Source: a virus (lineage: Duplodnaviria; Caudoviricetes). Taken from it: a stretch of DNA of 41,199 nt. Positions within the stretch are counted from its first letter, which is position 1. Each line of letters begins with the position of its first letter. The position numbers and the translations under genes are program-made. Below are positions 33,202 through 41,199 of this stretch, one piece after another. The notes under the pieces were generated by a model that saw only the letters and a program-made list of their open reading frames with translations, searched no databases and was not told where the DNA came from. The stretch covers positions 1 through 41,199 of the IMG/VR virus record IMGVR_UViG_3300049164_000023. One strand, written 5' to 3'.

Positions 33202-35663
33202 ATAACCCACTACTGGAAACAGCCCTGGAATTCCTGGCGAACGGGATCGCGCCCGTCCCTGTCGCCGCCGACGGAACGAAACGGCCGGCGCTCAAAGGCT
33301 GGAAACAGTACATGGCCCAGCCGCCGACCGTGCATGACGTCCACGAATGGTTCGGCGAAATCCGCGGCGCCGGCCTGGGGATCGGCATCATTACCGGCGC
33401 CGTTTCCGGGAACCTGGAAATGGCCGAAATCGAGGGACGCGCCGGCGGCGTCCAAGCCGTCCTGGACCTGTCCGTCCTGGCCAACAGTTCCGGCCTGGGC
33501 GAAGTCTGGGAAGCGGTCTGTAACGGCTGGGTCGAACGATCCCCGTCCGGCGGCATTCACTGGTTCTACCGGCTGACCGACGGCCCCGTCCCAGGGAACC
33601 AGAAGATCGCGAAACTGGACCCGAAAACCGTCCTGGCCGAAACCCGCGGCGAAGGCGGGTTCGTCGTCACGGCGCCGTCGGCCGGCTACGTCCACGAAAC
33701 CGGCCAGTCCTGGGACCGGCTGGCCGGCGGACCGGAGACAGTCCCGGCGCTGACCATGGAAGAACGCGACGCGTTCCTGTCCATCCTGGCGACCCTGGCC
33801 CCGCCGCAGCCGGAACCCGCCGGCCCGGACCCGGACGCGTTCATCAACCAGCCGGCCCACGAACGGCCCCGCAACGCCGACGGCGGGATCTCACCGCTGG
33901 ACGATTTCGAAGCCCGGACCGACTGGAAAGACATCCTGGTCGGCTGGACGCTGGTATTCACGCACGGCCGGACCCGCTACTGGCGCCGCCCCGGGAAACG
34001 CCTGGGAATCAGCGCGACGACGGGAAACGCCCAGGACCGCGATCGCCTGTTCGTTTTTACGACATCGACCGAATTCCAAGCCGAAACCCCGTACACCAAA
34101 GGCGGCGCCTATGCCGTCATGCACCACGGCGGGGACCACAAAGCCGCCGCCGCCCAGCTGAAAAAAGACGGGTTCGGTAAACAGGCGCCGCCCAAACAGA
34201 AAGACGTCCAGCCGGCCCCGCAGCCGGCCCCAGCTGCGCCGACCGACGGGTCCCTGGCCCTGGCGACCGTTCACCCTATCGCCGAACGCCGCAAACCGGA
34301 ACAGACCCTGGAACAGTCCGACGACGGTAACGCCCTGGCCCTGATCGAGACGCACGGCGCCAATATCCGATACAGCCCCGAACGGGACAAATGGCTGCAC
34401 TGGACCGGCAACGTCTGGACCTGGCAACCCAAAGGCGGCGGCATGGTCCGCGAACTGGCGAAACAGATCGCCCGGAACCTGGCCGACCGCGATCAAAACG
34501 ACGTCAAGCACAAAAAATATTCGCTCTCAGCGGTCGGCATATCGAACATGCTCACCCAGGCCCGGACGGATACGCGCGTCACGGTCCGGATGGACGACCT
34601 GGATTCCCACCCCTGGGAACTGAACACCCCCGGCGGGATCATCAACCTGCAGACCGGGGAACTCATGCCGCCGGACCCGTCCCGGCTGCATACCCGGCTG
34701 ACCAGCTGCACCCCGGATTTTTCCGCCGACCGGACAGTCTGGGAAGCGTTCCTGGCCGACGCGTTCCCCGGGAACGGCGAACTGATCGCCTACATGCAAA
34801 GACTGATCGGGTATTCGTCCGTCGGGAAAGTCGAAGCCCATATCCTGCCGTTCTGTTTCGGCGACGGCGGCAACGGTAAAGGCGCCACCCTGGAAGCGAT
34901 CGCCGGCATCCTGGGAGACTACGCGACCAGCGCGCCGAACGGGTTCCTTATGGCGAAGAAATTCGACCAGCATTCGACCGAAATCGCGGACCTGGCCGGC
35001 GCCCGTTTCGTGATCTGTTCCGAAGTGAACAAGGACGACAAGTTCGACGAAGCGAAAGTGAAAATGCTAACCGGCGGCGACACGCTCAAAGCCCGGTTTA
35101 TGGCGAAGGACTTTTTCACGTTCCGCCCCACGCATCACCTATGGCTGATGGGAAACCACCGCCCCGAAGTCGAAGCCGGCGGCGACGCGTTTTGGCGGCG
35201 GCTAAGGCTGATCCCGTTCGTCCACAAAGTCCCGGACGATCGGATCATCCCGGATCTGCAACAGATCCTGATCCGCGAACACGGCCCCGCGATTCTGGCC
35301 TGGATCGCCGAAGGCGCCGCAGCCTACGCGCGGGACGGCCTGATGGAACCGGACCAGGTAAAGGCGGCGACAGCTGCCTACGCGGCGGAAATGGATTCGG
35401 TCGGACGGTTCCTGGAAGACGAATGCTGGACGGGTCCCGCCGCCGCCCAGATGTCCGTCCGCGTTTCCCAGCTGCGCGCCGCCTACGAATCCTGGTGTCA
35501 AGAGAACGGCGACGTCCCCATGACCGGACGCGCGTTCGCCGCCCAGCTGCAAGCCCATGGGATCGAGACAGGCCGGGACGCGCCGCGGACGAAGGGTTTC
35601 CGCATGTATGGCGGCGTCGGTCTGAAAGCTAAGGACGACGACGCCGGGAGGGCTGAAAGGTGA
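33198..35663 (+). CDS. Bifunctional prim-pol / D5-like SF3 helicase (P4-family primase)
   Basis: GTKRPALKGWKQY, SPSGGIHWFY, ETRGEGGFVVTAPS; SDDGNA, LNTPGG, Walker A GDGGNGKG, LTGGDTLKARFM, AFWRRLRLIPF. Confidence 0.94.
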   Translation: MNNPLLETALEFLANGIAPVPVAADGTKRPALKGWKQYMAQPPTVHDVHEWFGEIRGAGLGIGIITGAVSGNLEMAEIEGRAGGVQAVLDLSVLANSSGLGEVWEAVCNGWVERSPSGGIHWFYRLTDGPVPGNQKIAKLDPKTVLAETRGEGGFVVTAPSAGYVHETGQSWDRLAGGPETVPALTMEERDAFLSILATLAPPQPEPAGPDPDAFINQPAHERPRNADGGISPLDDFEARTDWKDILVGWTLVFTHGRTRYWRRPGKRLGISATTGNAQDRDRLFVFTTSTEFQAETPYTKGGAYAVMHHGGDHKAAAAQLKKDGFGKQAPPKQKDVQPAPQPAPAAPTDGSLALATVHPIAERRKPEQTLEQSDDGNALALIETHGANIRYSPERDKWLHWTGNVWTWQPKGGGMVRELAKQIARNLADRDQNDVKHKKYSLSAVGISNMLTQARTDTRVTVRMDDLDSHPWELNTPGGIINLQTGELMPPDPSRLHTRLTSCTPDFSADRTVWEAFLADAFPGNGELIAYMQRLIGYSSVGKVEAHILPFCFGDGGNGKGATLEAIAGILGDYATSAPNGFLMAKKFDQHSTEIADLAGARFVICSEVNKDDKFDEAKVKMLTGGDTLKARFMAKDFFTFRPTHHLWLMGNHRPEVEAGGDAFWRRLRLIPFVHKVPDDRIIPDLQQILIREHGPAILAWIAEGAAAYARDGLMEPDQVKAATAAYAAEMDSVGRFLEDECWTGPAAAQMSVRVSQLRAAYESWCQENGDVPMTGRAFAAQLQAHGIETGRDAPRTKGFRMYGGVGLKAKDDDAGRAER

Positions 35664-35892
35664 CGCAACCCGGCCCGGGTGACGCACAAATGACAGGCCC
35701 AAACCGGGTCCTGTCACCCCCGCGACACCACCTAAGCGAGACGAACCCAAACCCCCATAAAAGCCCGTCAACACTAGTTCCCCGTTATCCACAACTACCG
35801 ATGACACATGACACAAAAAACGAAGAATCCATGACCTATAACGCGCACGCGCGCATAGGAACAGGAGCTAGTAAAAGCGTCATTCGCGTCAC
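35659..35892. other. Candidate replication origin: TGAC-core repeats plus a perfect DnaA box
   Basis: GGTGACGCA x2 (35659, 35678), TGACAGG/CCTGTCA inverted repeat, ATGACAC x2 (35801, 35808), inverse GCGTCAC (35886), TTATCCACA 35785-35793; A/C-rich. Confidence 0.55.
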
Positions 35893-36340
35893 CGCCCAAG
35901 ATCCGCTGTTCGACCTACCAACAAATCCGGCACTGAAACCCGCCGCCGGCGGACCCATGCCGGCCTGGCTGGTTCGTCTCTTGGAAACGACGACCGGCGG
36001 TTTCCGCGCCAGCCGCTGGGACCGTTGCCGCAGCTGCGGCCAGCTGATCATTCGCGGCCTGGACGGCGACGTCGCCGCGTTCGAAGCGACCGCCGACCCG
36101 ACCCCCATCACGGAAGGACAGGAAACGCTATGCGCGAGGATCGGCCGCTGGACCTACGCCCTAACCATGAACAGCCGCCGAATCGAACTGGACCGCCGCG
36201 ACAAATGGTCCATCGGCCGGCCCAGCCCGGACCGCCCCATCATCCCAGCCCACAACTGCCGCGGCCGGTTCCCCGGATTCCTGCAGCCGCCGGCCGGACC
36301 TACCCCAGGAGCAAAAAATGACGGACAGCCCCCGTTCTGA
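35831..36340 (+). CDS. Hypothetical protein (start uncertain: 35660, 35831 or 35957)
   Basis: CRSCGQLIIRGLD...ADPTPI...GRWTY...AHNC...PPF pattern found after primases in actinophages. Confidence 0.68.
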   Translation: MTYNAHARIGTGASKSVIRVTAQDPLFDLPTNPALKPAAGGPMPAWLVRLLETTTGGFRASRWDRCRSCGQLIIRGLDGDVAAFEATADPTPITEGQETLCARIGRWTYALTMNSRRIELDRRDKWSIGRPSPDRPIIPAHNCRGRFPGFLQPPAGPTPGAKNDGQPPF

Positions 36341-36500
36341 ACCCAAACCCGGCGACCCTAACCCGGACCGCCGGCCGGCGCTCTGCCGGGTCTGCGGCGT
36401 GATCCTGCATGAAATCTGCCGCGACGCCGGCATTCACCCCACCTGTAAGGAACCCCGATGGATGAAACAACGGCGGCTGCAGCGAGGGAACGCCGAATGA
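36318..36500 (+). CDS. Small zinc-binding protein
   Basis: AGGAG SD; CRVCG.ILH.....GIHPTC. Confidence 0.68.
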   Translation: MTDSPRSEPKPGDPNPDRRPALCRVCGVILHEICRDAGIHPTCKEPRWMKQRRLQRGNAE

Positions 36501-36706
36501 GCGTCTATTACACCGCCCCGGAAGGTACACCGCCGCCCACGATCGATGACGACGGGAACATCTGGTTCGGGGACCGGATCGTCGCCCGGGTTCGCCCAGG
36601 CGCCGAAATCACGATGCTGCGCGATAACAACACCCCGGCCCAACAGGAAATGATCGACCGCCTGAACCGCCGCCTGAAAAACCCCGACGGAAGGAACCCC
36701 CAGTGA
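36497..36706 (+). CDS. Hypothetical protein
   Basis: GAGGG SD; ATGA/GTGA overlaps at both ends. Confidence 0.68.
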   Translation: MSVYYTAPEGTPPPTIDDDGNIWFGDRIVARVRPGAEITMLRDNNTPAQQEMIDRLNRRLKNPDGRNPQ

Positions 36707-37410
36707 AAGTCCTAGTCGCCTGTGAATTTTCCGGCGTCGTCCGCGACGCGTTCCTAGCCCGGGGACACGACGCCTGGTCCTGTGACCTGCTGCCGACCGA
36801 AACCCCCGGCCCCCATTACCAGGGCGACGTCCGCGACATCCTGGACGACGGCTGGGACCTGATGATCGGACACCCCCCATGCACGTTCCTGGCGAACAGC
36901 GGCGTTCAATGGCTCTGGGAAGAATGGACCGACGCGGAAAAAGCCGCCGGCGCCGTCGGATCCCGGTCCCGCCGGCCCAACGTCGAACGCTGGGGAAACA
37001 TGTTCGAAGGCGCCGCATTTTTCAACCTGCTATGGGACGCCGACATCCCCCGAATCGCCCTGGAAAACCCGATCATGCACAGCTACGCCGTGAAAGCGAC
37101 CCGCGGACGCGCGACCCAGTACGTCCAGCCCTGGCAATTCGGGACCCCCGAAAGCAAAAGGACCGGCCTACGCCTAAAGAATCTGCCGCCCCTGGTCGAA
37201 CACGACGACGCCGCGGAAGTCCTGGCCTACGGTCTGACACTGCCGAAATCAGTGTTCCAACGCTGCGCCAATCTGCCGCCGTCGCCTACCCGCTGGATGG
37301 AACGGTCCCGCACGTTTCCCGGCATCGCCGCAGCCATGGCCGAACAGTGGGGATCCCTCCAGCCGATCGAACCCGTTTCCGCATGCCCTGCCCGAACCCA
37401 TATAAGTTAG
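36703..37410 (+). CDS. Short phage C5-cytosine methyltransferase-like protein
   Basis: KVLVACEFSG (degenerate motif I), HPPCT (motif IV), ALENP (motif VI), QPWQFG..ESKRT (motif VIII-like), RSRTFPGIA.AMAEQW. Confidence 0.78.
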   Translation: MKVLVACEFSGVVRDAFLARGHDAWSCDLLPTETPGPHYQGDVRDILDDGWDLMIGHPPCTFLANSGVQWLWEEWTDAEKAAGAVGSRSRRPNVERWGNMFEGAAFFNLLWDADIPRIALENPIMHSYAVKATRGRATQYVQPWQFGTPESKRTGLRLKNLPPLVEHDDAAEVLAYGLTLPKSVFQRCANLPPSPTRWMERSRTFPGIAAAMAEQWGSLQPIEPVSACPARTHIS

Positions 37411-37413
37411 GAA
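37377..37413 (+). repeat. 37-bp dispersed regulatory repeat, copy 2
   Basis: TTCCGCATGCCCTGCCCGAACCCATATAAGTTAGGAA. Confidence 0.9.
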
Positions 37414-37421
37414 CCCGCAAA

Positions 37422-37640
37422 ATGAACACGTCGAAATATGATTCACGCCTACGCCGGCCGATCAGCCGCGGCCATATCGCCGGGATCTGCCAGTCCCTGG
37501 GATTCGATTACAACCAGGTTAGCCGGGTCGAAATCACCCCGGAGTCGATCATGATCGATCACGTCTGTATGGATTTCGGTAGCGGCAAAGCCGGCCAGAT
37601 CGTCACGACGGAACTACCGATCGAGCGGGTCCAGAAATGA
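37422..37640 (+). CDS. Hypothetical protein
   Basis: MNTSKYDS... after AGGA SD inside the repeat; ATGA overlap with rusA. Confidence 0.7.
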   Translation: MNTSKYDSRLRRPISRGHIAGICQSLGFDYNQVSRVEITPESIMIDHVCMDFGSGKAGQIVTTELPIERVQK

Positions 37641-38113
37641 CGATCGAATTCTATGTGAACGGGATCCCCGCGCCCCAGGGATCGAAAACCGCCTACATCA
37701 ACAAGCACACCGGCCGGGCGAACGTCGTCGATCAGAACGGCGCCACACTCAAACCCTGGCGGGAAGACGTCCGCGCCGCAGCCCTGAAACACGGCGGGAG
37801 GATCGCCCCGGGCGAAGCTCTGACCGCCCAGATCATGTTCTACCTACCCAGGCCGAAATCCCATTTCAGAACCGGCCGAAACGCCGGCCTGTTACGGGAC
37901 GCGGCGCCCGACGTCCCGCGGACGAAACCGGATCTGGACAAACTGGTCCGCGCCGTCCTGGACGCCCTCACAAGCGCCGGAACCTACGCCGACGACGCGA
38001 ACGTCGTCCTGGTGTCGGCCGGCAAGTTCTACGCCGACGCCAGGCCACCCGGCGCCGAAGTCCGGCTGGAAGCCTGGGGAGACATCCCCGCCGACGACGG
38101 GAACCCGGCATGA
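37637..38113 (+). CDS. rusA: RusA-like Holliday junction resolvase
   Basis: GIPAPQGSK, LKPWR, FYLPRPKSH, KPDLDKLVRAVLDAL, YADDANVV...K.Y. Confidence 0.93.
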   Translation: MTIEFYVNGIPAPQGSKTAYINKHTGRANVVDQNGATLKPWREDVRAAALKHGGRIAPGEALTAQIMFYLPRPKSHFRTGRNAGLLRDAAPDVPRTKPDLDKLVRAVLDALTSAGTYADDANVVLVSAGKFYADARPPGAEVRLEAWGDIPADDGNPA

Positions 38114-38796
38114 TCAACACCGCCACGGACAATCTGGAATGGATCCGGGACCGCTGGGAACAGCTGATGGAAACCCGGCTACCCGGCACCCCGCGGCCAT
38201 GGAAACAGCCGGAACTATCCAGGGAACAACGGGAAGAAATGGACCGCCAGGCGAGGATCGAGAAAATCGAACACGGCGCGTTCGTTCTGGGCGAGTCGGA
38301 AGCGCCGCTGAACCTGGACGTCCTGGACAAGGCCGGCCGGATCACGACGACGATCCAGTCCCTGGCCTACCGCATGGCCGGCGAACTGCAGCACGACGCT
38401 ATGGCCGTCCTGGCCGCGCGCGCCCACTACGCCGGCCCCCAGGCCCTGGTCGGCTACCTGATCGCACACGTCCAGGAGACAAGCGAGGAAACCCAGGAAC
38501 GGGTCCGGCGGACGACGCAGCGGATCCGGGCGATCATGGCGAACCATTTCGCCGAAGTGTTCGACGGCCAGCGGCTGAAAACCGACTGCCCCTGGTGCCA
38601 CAAACCGAAAATGTTTATCCGCATGATCGGCCCCGAACACGACAGGATCCCGATCATCGCTTGCGAATCCGGAGTCTGTGACCCGCCGTCCGCGGACTGC
38701 GGTCCGAAGCGCATCCGCGGGAACCCGTTCTGGCCGTTCCACGAATGGGACTGGCTAGGCGACAGGATGGACCACGCGAACGCGAAAACCGCCTAG
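38110..38796 (+). CDS. Hypothetical protein with C-terminal Zn ribbon (possible late regulator)
   Basis: LPGTPRPW, APLNLDVLD, CPWC...C....C; position after rusA. Confidence 0.7.
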   Translation: MINTATDNLEWIRDRWEQLMETRLPGTPRPWKQPELSREQREEMDRQARIEKIEHGAFVLGESEAPLNLDVLDKAGRITTTIQSLAYRMAGELQHDAMAVLAARAHYAGPQALVGYLIAHVQETSEETQERVRRTTQRIRAIMANHFAEVFDGQRLKTDCPWCHKPKMFIRMIGPEHDRIPIIACESGVCDPPSADCGPKRIRGNPFWPFHEWDWLGDRMDHANAKTA

Positions 38797-39197
38797 CGCC
38801 GGATCGACGACAGGGAACGCCGGACCGCATCCCAGCGGCGCCGGCGTTCCCTGGATTCGTCGATATAGTGCATGACCCGCAGCCGCAGGAACGCGTCCTG
38901 CAGTTCCGACGGGATCGGCGTCCTGGCCCGGATCCGCGCGTTCCGCCAGGCCCCGAGATACCGAAGCCACATAACCCCGTTTAGCCCCGCGACCAGTAAG
39001 CACATGACGACGGCGAAGATATGCCAGCCGTTCCCACGTTCCGACATCCCCAGTAAGAGGTTCACGCCAGCCAGGTAAAAATTCAACGCAGCGGACGCGC
39101 CTGTCATGATCTGGAACCAGAATGCGCGGCGCGGTTCGAAGTGTGGACGGCGGTCCGCCCAGGCGTCCCATTCGCGATCTGTCAGTTCGAATTTCAC
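38793..39197 (-). CDS. Two-TM membrane protein
   Basis: AAGGA SD, GTG start overlapping the upstream stop; two hydrophobic segments. Confidence 0.72.
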   Translation of the reverse strand: MKFELTDREWDAWADRRPHFEPRRAFWFQIMTGASAALNFYLAGVNLLLGMSERGNGWHIFAVVMCLLVAGLNGVMWLRYLGAWRNARIRARTPIPSELQDAFLRLRVMHYIDESRERRRRWDAVRRSLSSIRR

Positions 39198-39502
39198 TGG
39201 TCCTTAGTTCCTGCCTTAGTTTCGGCGTCCCGGACGTAAGCGACGATCGAGTCGTGACCGGCCCTGGCCGAATCTTCATTCGCCCACGTAACGCGGCGCC
39301 CGTCGTGAACGCCGCCAAAGACCATTGTTTCGTATGGATGGGGGATCGCACTAAGACCGGAGTCCGTCCCCAGCCAAACCGTAGAAACCAGAACGCCGTC
39401 CGCGATGTCCGTCCTGGCGACGATCCGCGACAGGTCCGGATCCCAGAACAGCTTCTGCCATTGTTCGAACGTGATCGGCCGGCCGTCCCGATCCCAGAAC
39501 AT
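39194..39502 (-). CDS. Hypothetical protein
   Basis: DRDGRPIT, VSTVWLG, YETMVFGG, ARAGH motif set seen in phage small proteins; start could be 39520. Confidence 0.75.
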   Translation of the reverse strand: MFWDRDGRPITFEQWQKLFWDPDLSRIVARTDIADGVLVSTVWLGTDSGLSAIPHPYETMVFGGVHDGRRVTWANEDSARAGHDSIVAYVRDAETKAGTKDQ

Positions 39503-39509
39503 ATCGAAA

Positions 39510-39630
39510 TTTTCTTTCACATAATGAGACGTATCACATGAGGATGAAAAATTGAATAACCGGCCGTTCACATGGGACGTTACCCGAAAGAAATACGCAT
39601 ATGGATTACTGGTCTGCTATGTTCCATCGT
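39510..39630. promoter_or_regulatory. AT-rich divergent promoter region
   Basis: Lower GC between divergent genes; extended -10 TGcTATGTT (39615-39623); operator-like ACGCATATGGAT (39595-39606). Confidence 0.55.
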
Positions 39631-39690
39631 GAACGCTTCACAGTCTCAGCTAAGAACGTTCATCCCCAACCCCAAGAGAAGGCCCCCACA

Positions 39691-40590
39691 ATGGACATCG
39701 AGATCGAAGAAATCGGCCCCAAACTGGCCGAAAAATATCTGGAATCGAACCCGCTAAACCGCAGCGTCTCGACGCGCGTCGTCAACAGCTACGCCGCCGA
39801 TATGAAGGCCGGCAACTGGAAGCTAACAGGCGACCCGATCCGGTTCGACCACAACGGGAATCTGCTGGACGGCCAGCACCGTTTACACGCGATCATCGCC
39901 GCCGATGTCCCGGTCCAATCCGTAGTGATCCGCAACCTGGACCCAGCCGACCGCGCCGTCGTCGATTCCGGCCGCAAACGCACCGGCGCGAACGTGCTGG
40001 AAATGGCCGGGATCAAAGGGAACAGCATGGTCCTGTCCGCGACCGCCGCGATCGGCTGTTTCGACGATAAAGGCAAGCTGGTATCGAGCGTTAGCCGCAT
40101 CGAACAGCCCACACATTCCGAACTGCTCAAATGGGCACAGGAAAATTTCGACGACATTTCTACCCCGTTCCGGCCGGCTATGCGGATCTACCAACAGCAC
40201 CGCGGAAGCTGCGCCGGCTACGTTTACGGCGCCTATAAAATCTACGAAGCCGACCCCCATCGCGCCTACAACTTTTTGCAGGACGTCGCCGAAATGGCCA
40301 CCGGCGGACGCGGCGACCCCAAAGCCGCCCTGCTGCGCCGGCTGCAGGTCCTAGGCTCAACTCAGCGCGTCCGCGCGAAAGCCGCCCGAACGATCTATGC
40401 GTTCTACACTGCCTGGAACGCGTACCAGCTAGGCCAGGACCTATACGTCATATCCGACCCGGACAAAGGCGTCACCATGCCGACCCCGATCAAGTCCGCC
40501 GACCGGAAGAAAATCGCCGCCGAAGAAGAAGCGCGGAAAGCCCAAGAGGAACTGGAACTGGAACTGGAACTGGAACAGGCCGGCAAATGA
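39691..40590 (+). CDS. ParB/Srx-like N-terminal domain protein (DGQHR motif)
   Basis: NRSVS...YAADMKAGNWKLTGDPIRFD..G.LLDGQHRL.AI...VDSGRKRT; GAGAAGG SD before ATG 39691. Confidence 0.8.
   Translation: MDIEIEEIGPKLAEKYLESNPLNRSVSTRVVNSYAADMKAGNWKLTGDPIRFDHNGNLLDGQHRLHAIIAADVPVQSVVIRNLDPADRAVVDSGRKRTGANVLEMAGIKGNSMVLSATAAIGCFDDKGKLVSSVSRIEQPTHSELLKWAQENFDDISTPFRPAMRIYQQHRGSCAGYVYGAYKIYEADPHRAYNFLQDVAEMATGGRGDPKAALLRRLQVLGSTQRVRAKAARTIYAFYTAWNAYQLGQDLYVISDPDKGVTMPTPIKSADRKKIAAEEEARKAQEELELELELEQAGK
40549..40576 (+). repeat. (GAACTG)4 plus partial microsatellite encoding ELELELELE
   Basis: Direct reading of the sequence. Confidence 0.9.
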
Positions 40591-40823
40591 ACCAAGCGAA
40601 ACTGATCATCGAAGTAACAGCCGGCCTACTGGCCGGACGGCCCGACCCCGAACATACCCGGCAATACGCGCTCACGTCCGAACGCTGGCACGAAGCCGGC
40701 GAAAACGGCGGACAAGCTGCAGCCCTGGCAGAACTGAACGGACAGGCCACCGGATACGCGGCCCTGTTGATGATGCAGCCCGATTCCCTGAACTGGGTCA
40801 ACGTCTCCTGGATCTGGCTATGA
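40587..40823 (+). CDS. Hypothetical protein
   Basis: ATGA overlaps at both ends; C-terminal LMMQPDSLNWVNVSWIWL. Confidence 0.72.
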   Translation: MNQAKLIIEVTAGLLAGRPDPEHTRQYALTSERWHEAGENGGQAAALAELNGQATGYAALLMMQPDSLNWVNVSWIWL

Positions 40824-41035
40824 CAACAGGCCGAAGGGCGAAACGGGAAACAAACCCGATCCTGGCCAGCATTCGACGACTGTTCCGAATCCGCCCCGAC
40901 GGAATGACGGAAGAATTCGGAATGGACCCGGCCGCAAAACGCCGAATTATCAAGTCAGTTGAACCGCCCCCTGTGGATAACTACCATGGGAAATACGTTC
41001 AACGACCCCAAAAAAGCCGGCGAACGGACAACTGA
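40820..41035 (+). CDS. Hypothetical basic protein
   Basis: ATGA overlap; contains a DnaA box (PVDN codons). Confidence 0.5.
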   Translation: MTTGRRAKRETNPILASIRRLFRIRPDGMTEEFGMDPAAKRRIIKSVEPPPVDNYHGKYVQRPQKSRRTDN

Positions 41036-41199
41036 ATAACGGATCTATGCATGGTGATGATGTATCCGGACCCGTCCCTAGTGCAAATACCCCCCGGTAT
41101 GGGACGGGTCCACCCATGCAACAGACCCCCAGGGGATCCAAGGAATCAGCCCCTTACCCGGACCCCCTGGGACATACCCCCCCCGATAGGGACCCGACC

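Noticed and set aside
39691-40590. Dnd phosphorothioation system suggested by DGQHR
   Set aside because: No dndA/C/D/E-like genes nearby; the motif is shared by many ParB-like domains
41046-41199. Open frame running off the right end
   Set aside because: Pro/Gly-rich low-information translation, no convincing SD, no HNH or other motif

Overview
The window is an almost complete (~41 kb) temperate siphovirus genome. It is high-GC, and its gene order and protein families are typical of actinobacteriophages; a Micrococcales/Arthrobacter-like host is an inference. Left arm: terS, terL, a small Sm/Hfq-fold protein, a portal-MuF fusion, HK97-type protease and capsid, head-tail connectors, major tail, tail chaperones with a -1 frameshift, a tape measure carrying M23 and metzincin peptidase domains, baseplate/minor tail genes, three serial fibre genes and a lysis cassette. 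Centre: attP with a core matching the 3' half of a tRNA(CAT), a ~1 kb accessory island, a tyrosine integrase with a Cys/His-rich insertion, a repressor and a divergent control region. Right arm: cro, xis, Cas4-like exonuclease, SSB-like protein, prim-pol/SF3 helicase, a candidate origin with a DnaA box, a C5-MTase-like protein, RusA, an inverted two-gene cassette and a ParB-like protein. No HNH gene is visible. The most notable signals are (1) a repeated C-terminal 'plug' / N-terminal 'socket' pattern suggesting daisy-chained tail-fibre subunits, (2) an H-type RNA pseudoknot with four alternative pairing registers upstream of the tail chaperone start, in the same operon as the Sm-like gene, (3) a dispersed operator-like motif, and (4) scarcity of GAG/CTC codons and the GTCGAC site. 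All assignments are from motif recognition by eye; no searches were run.
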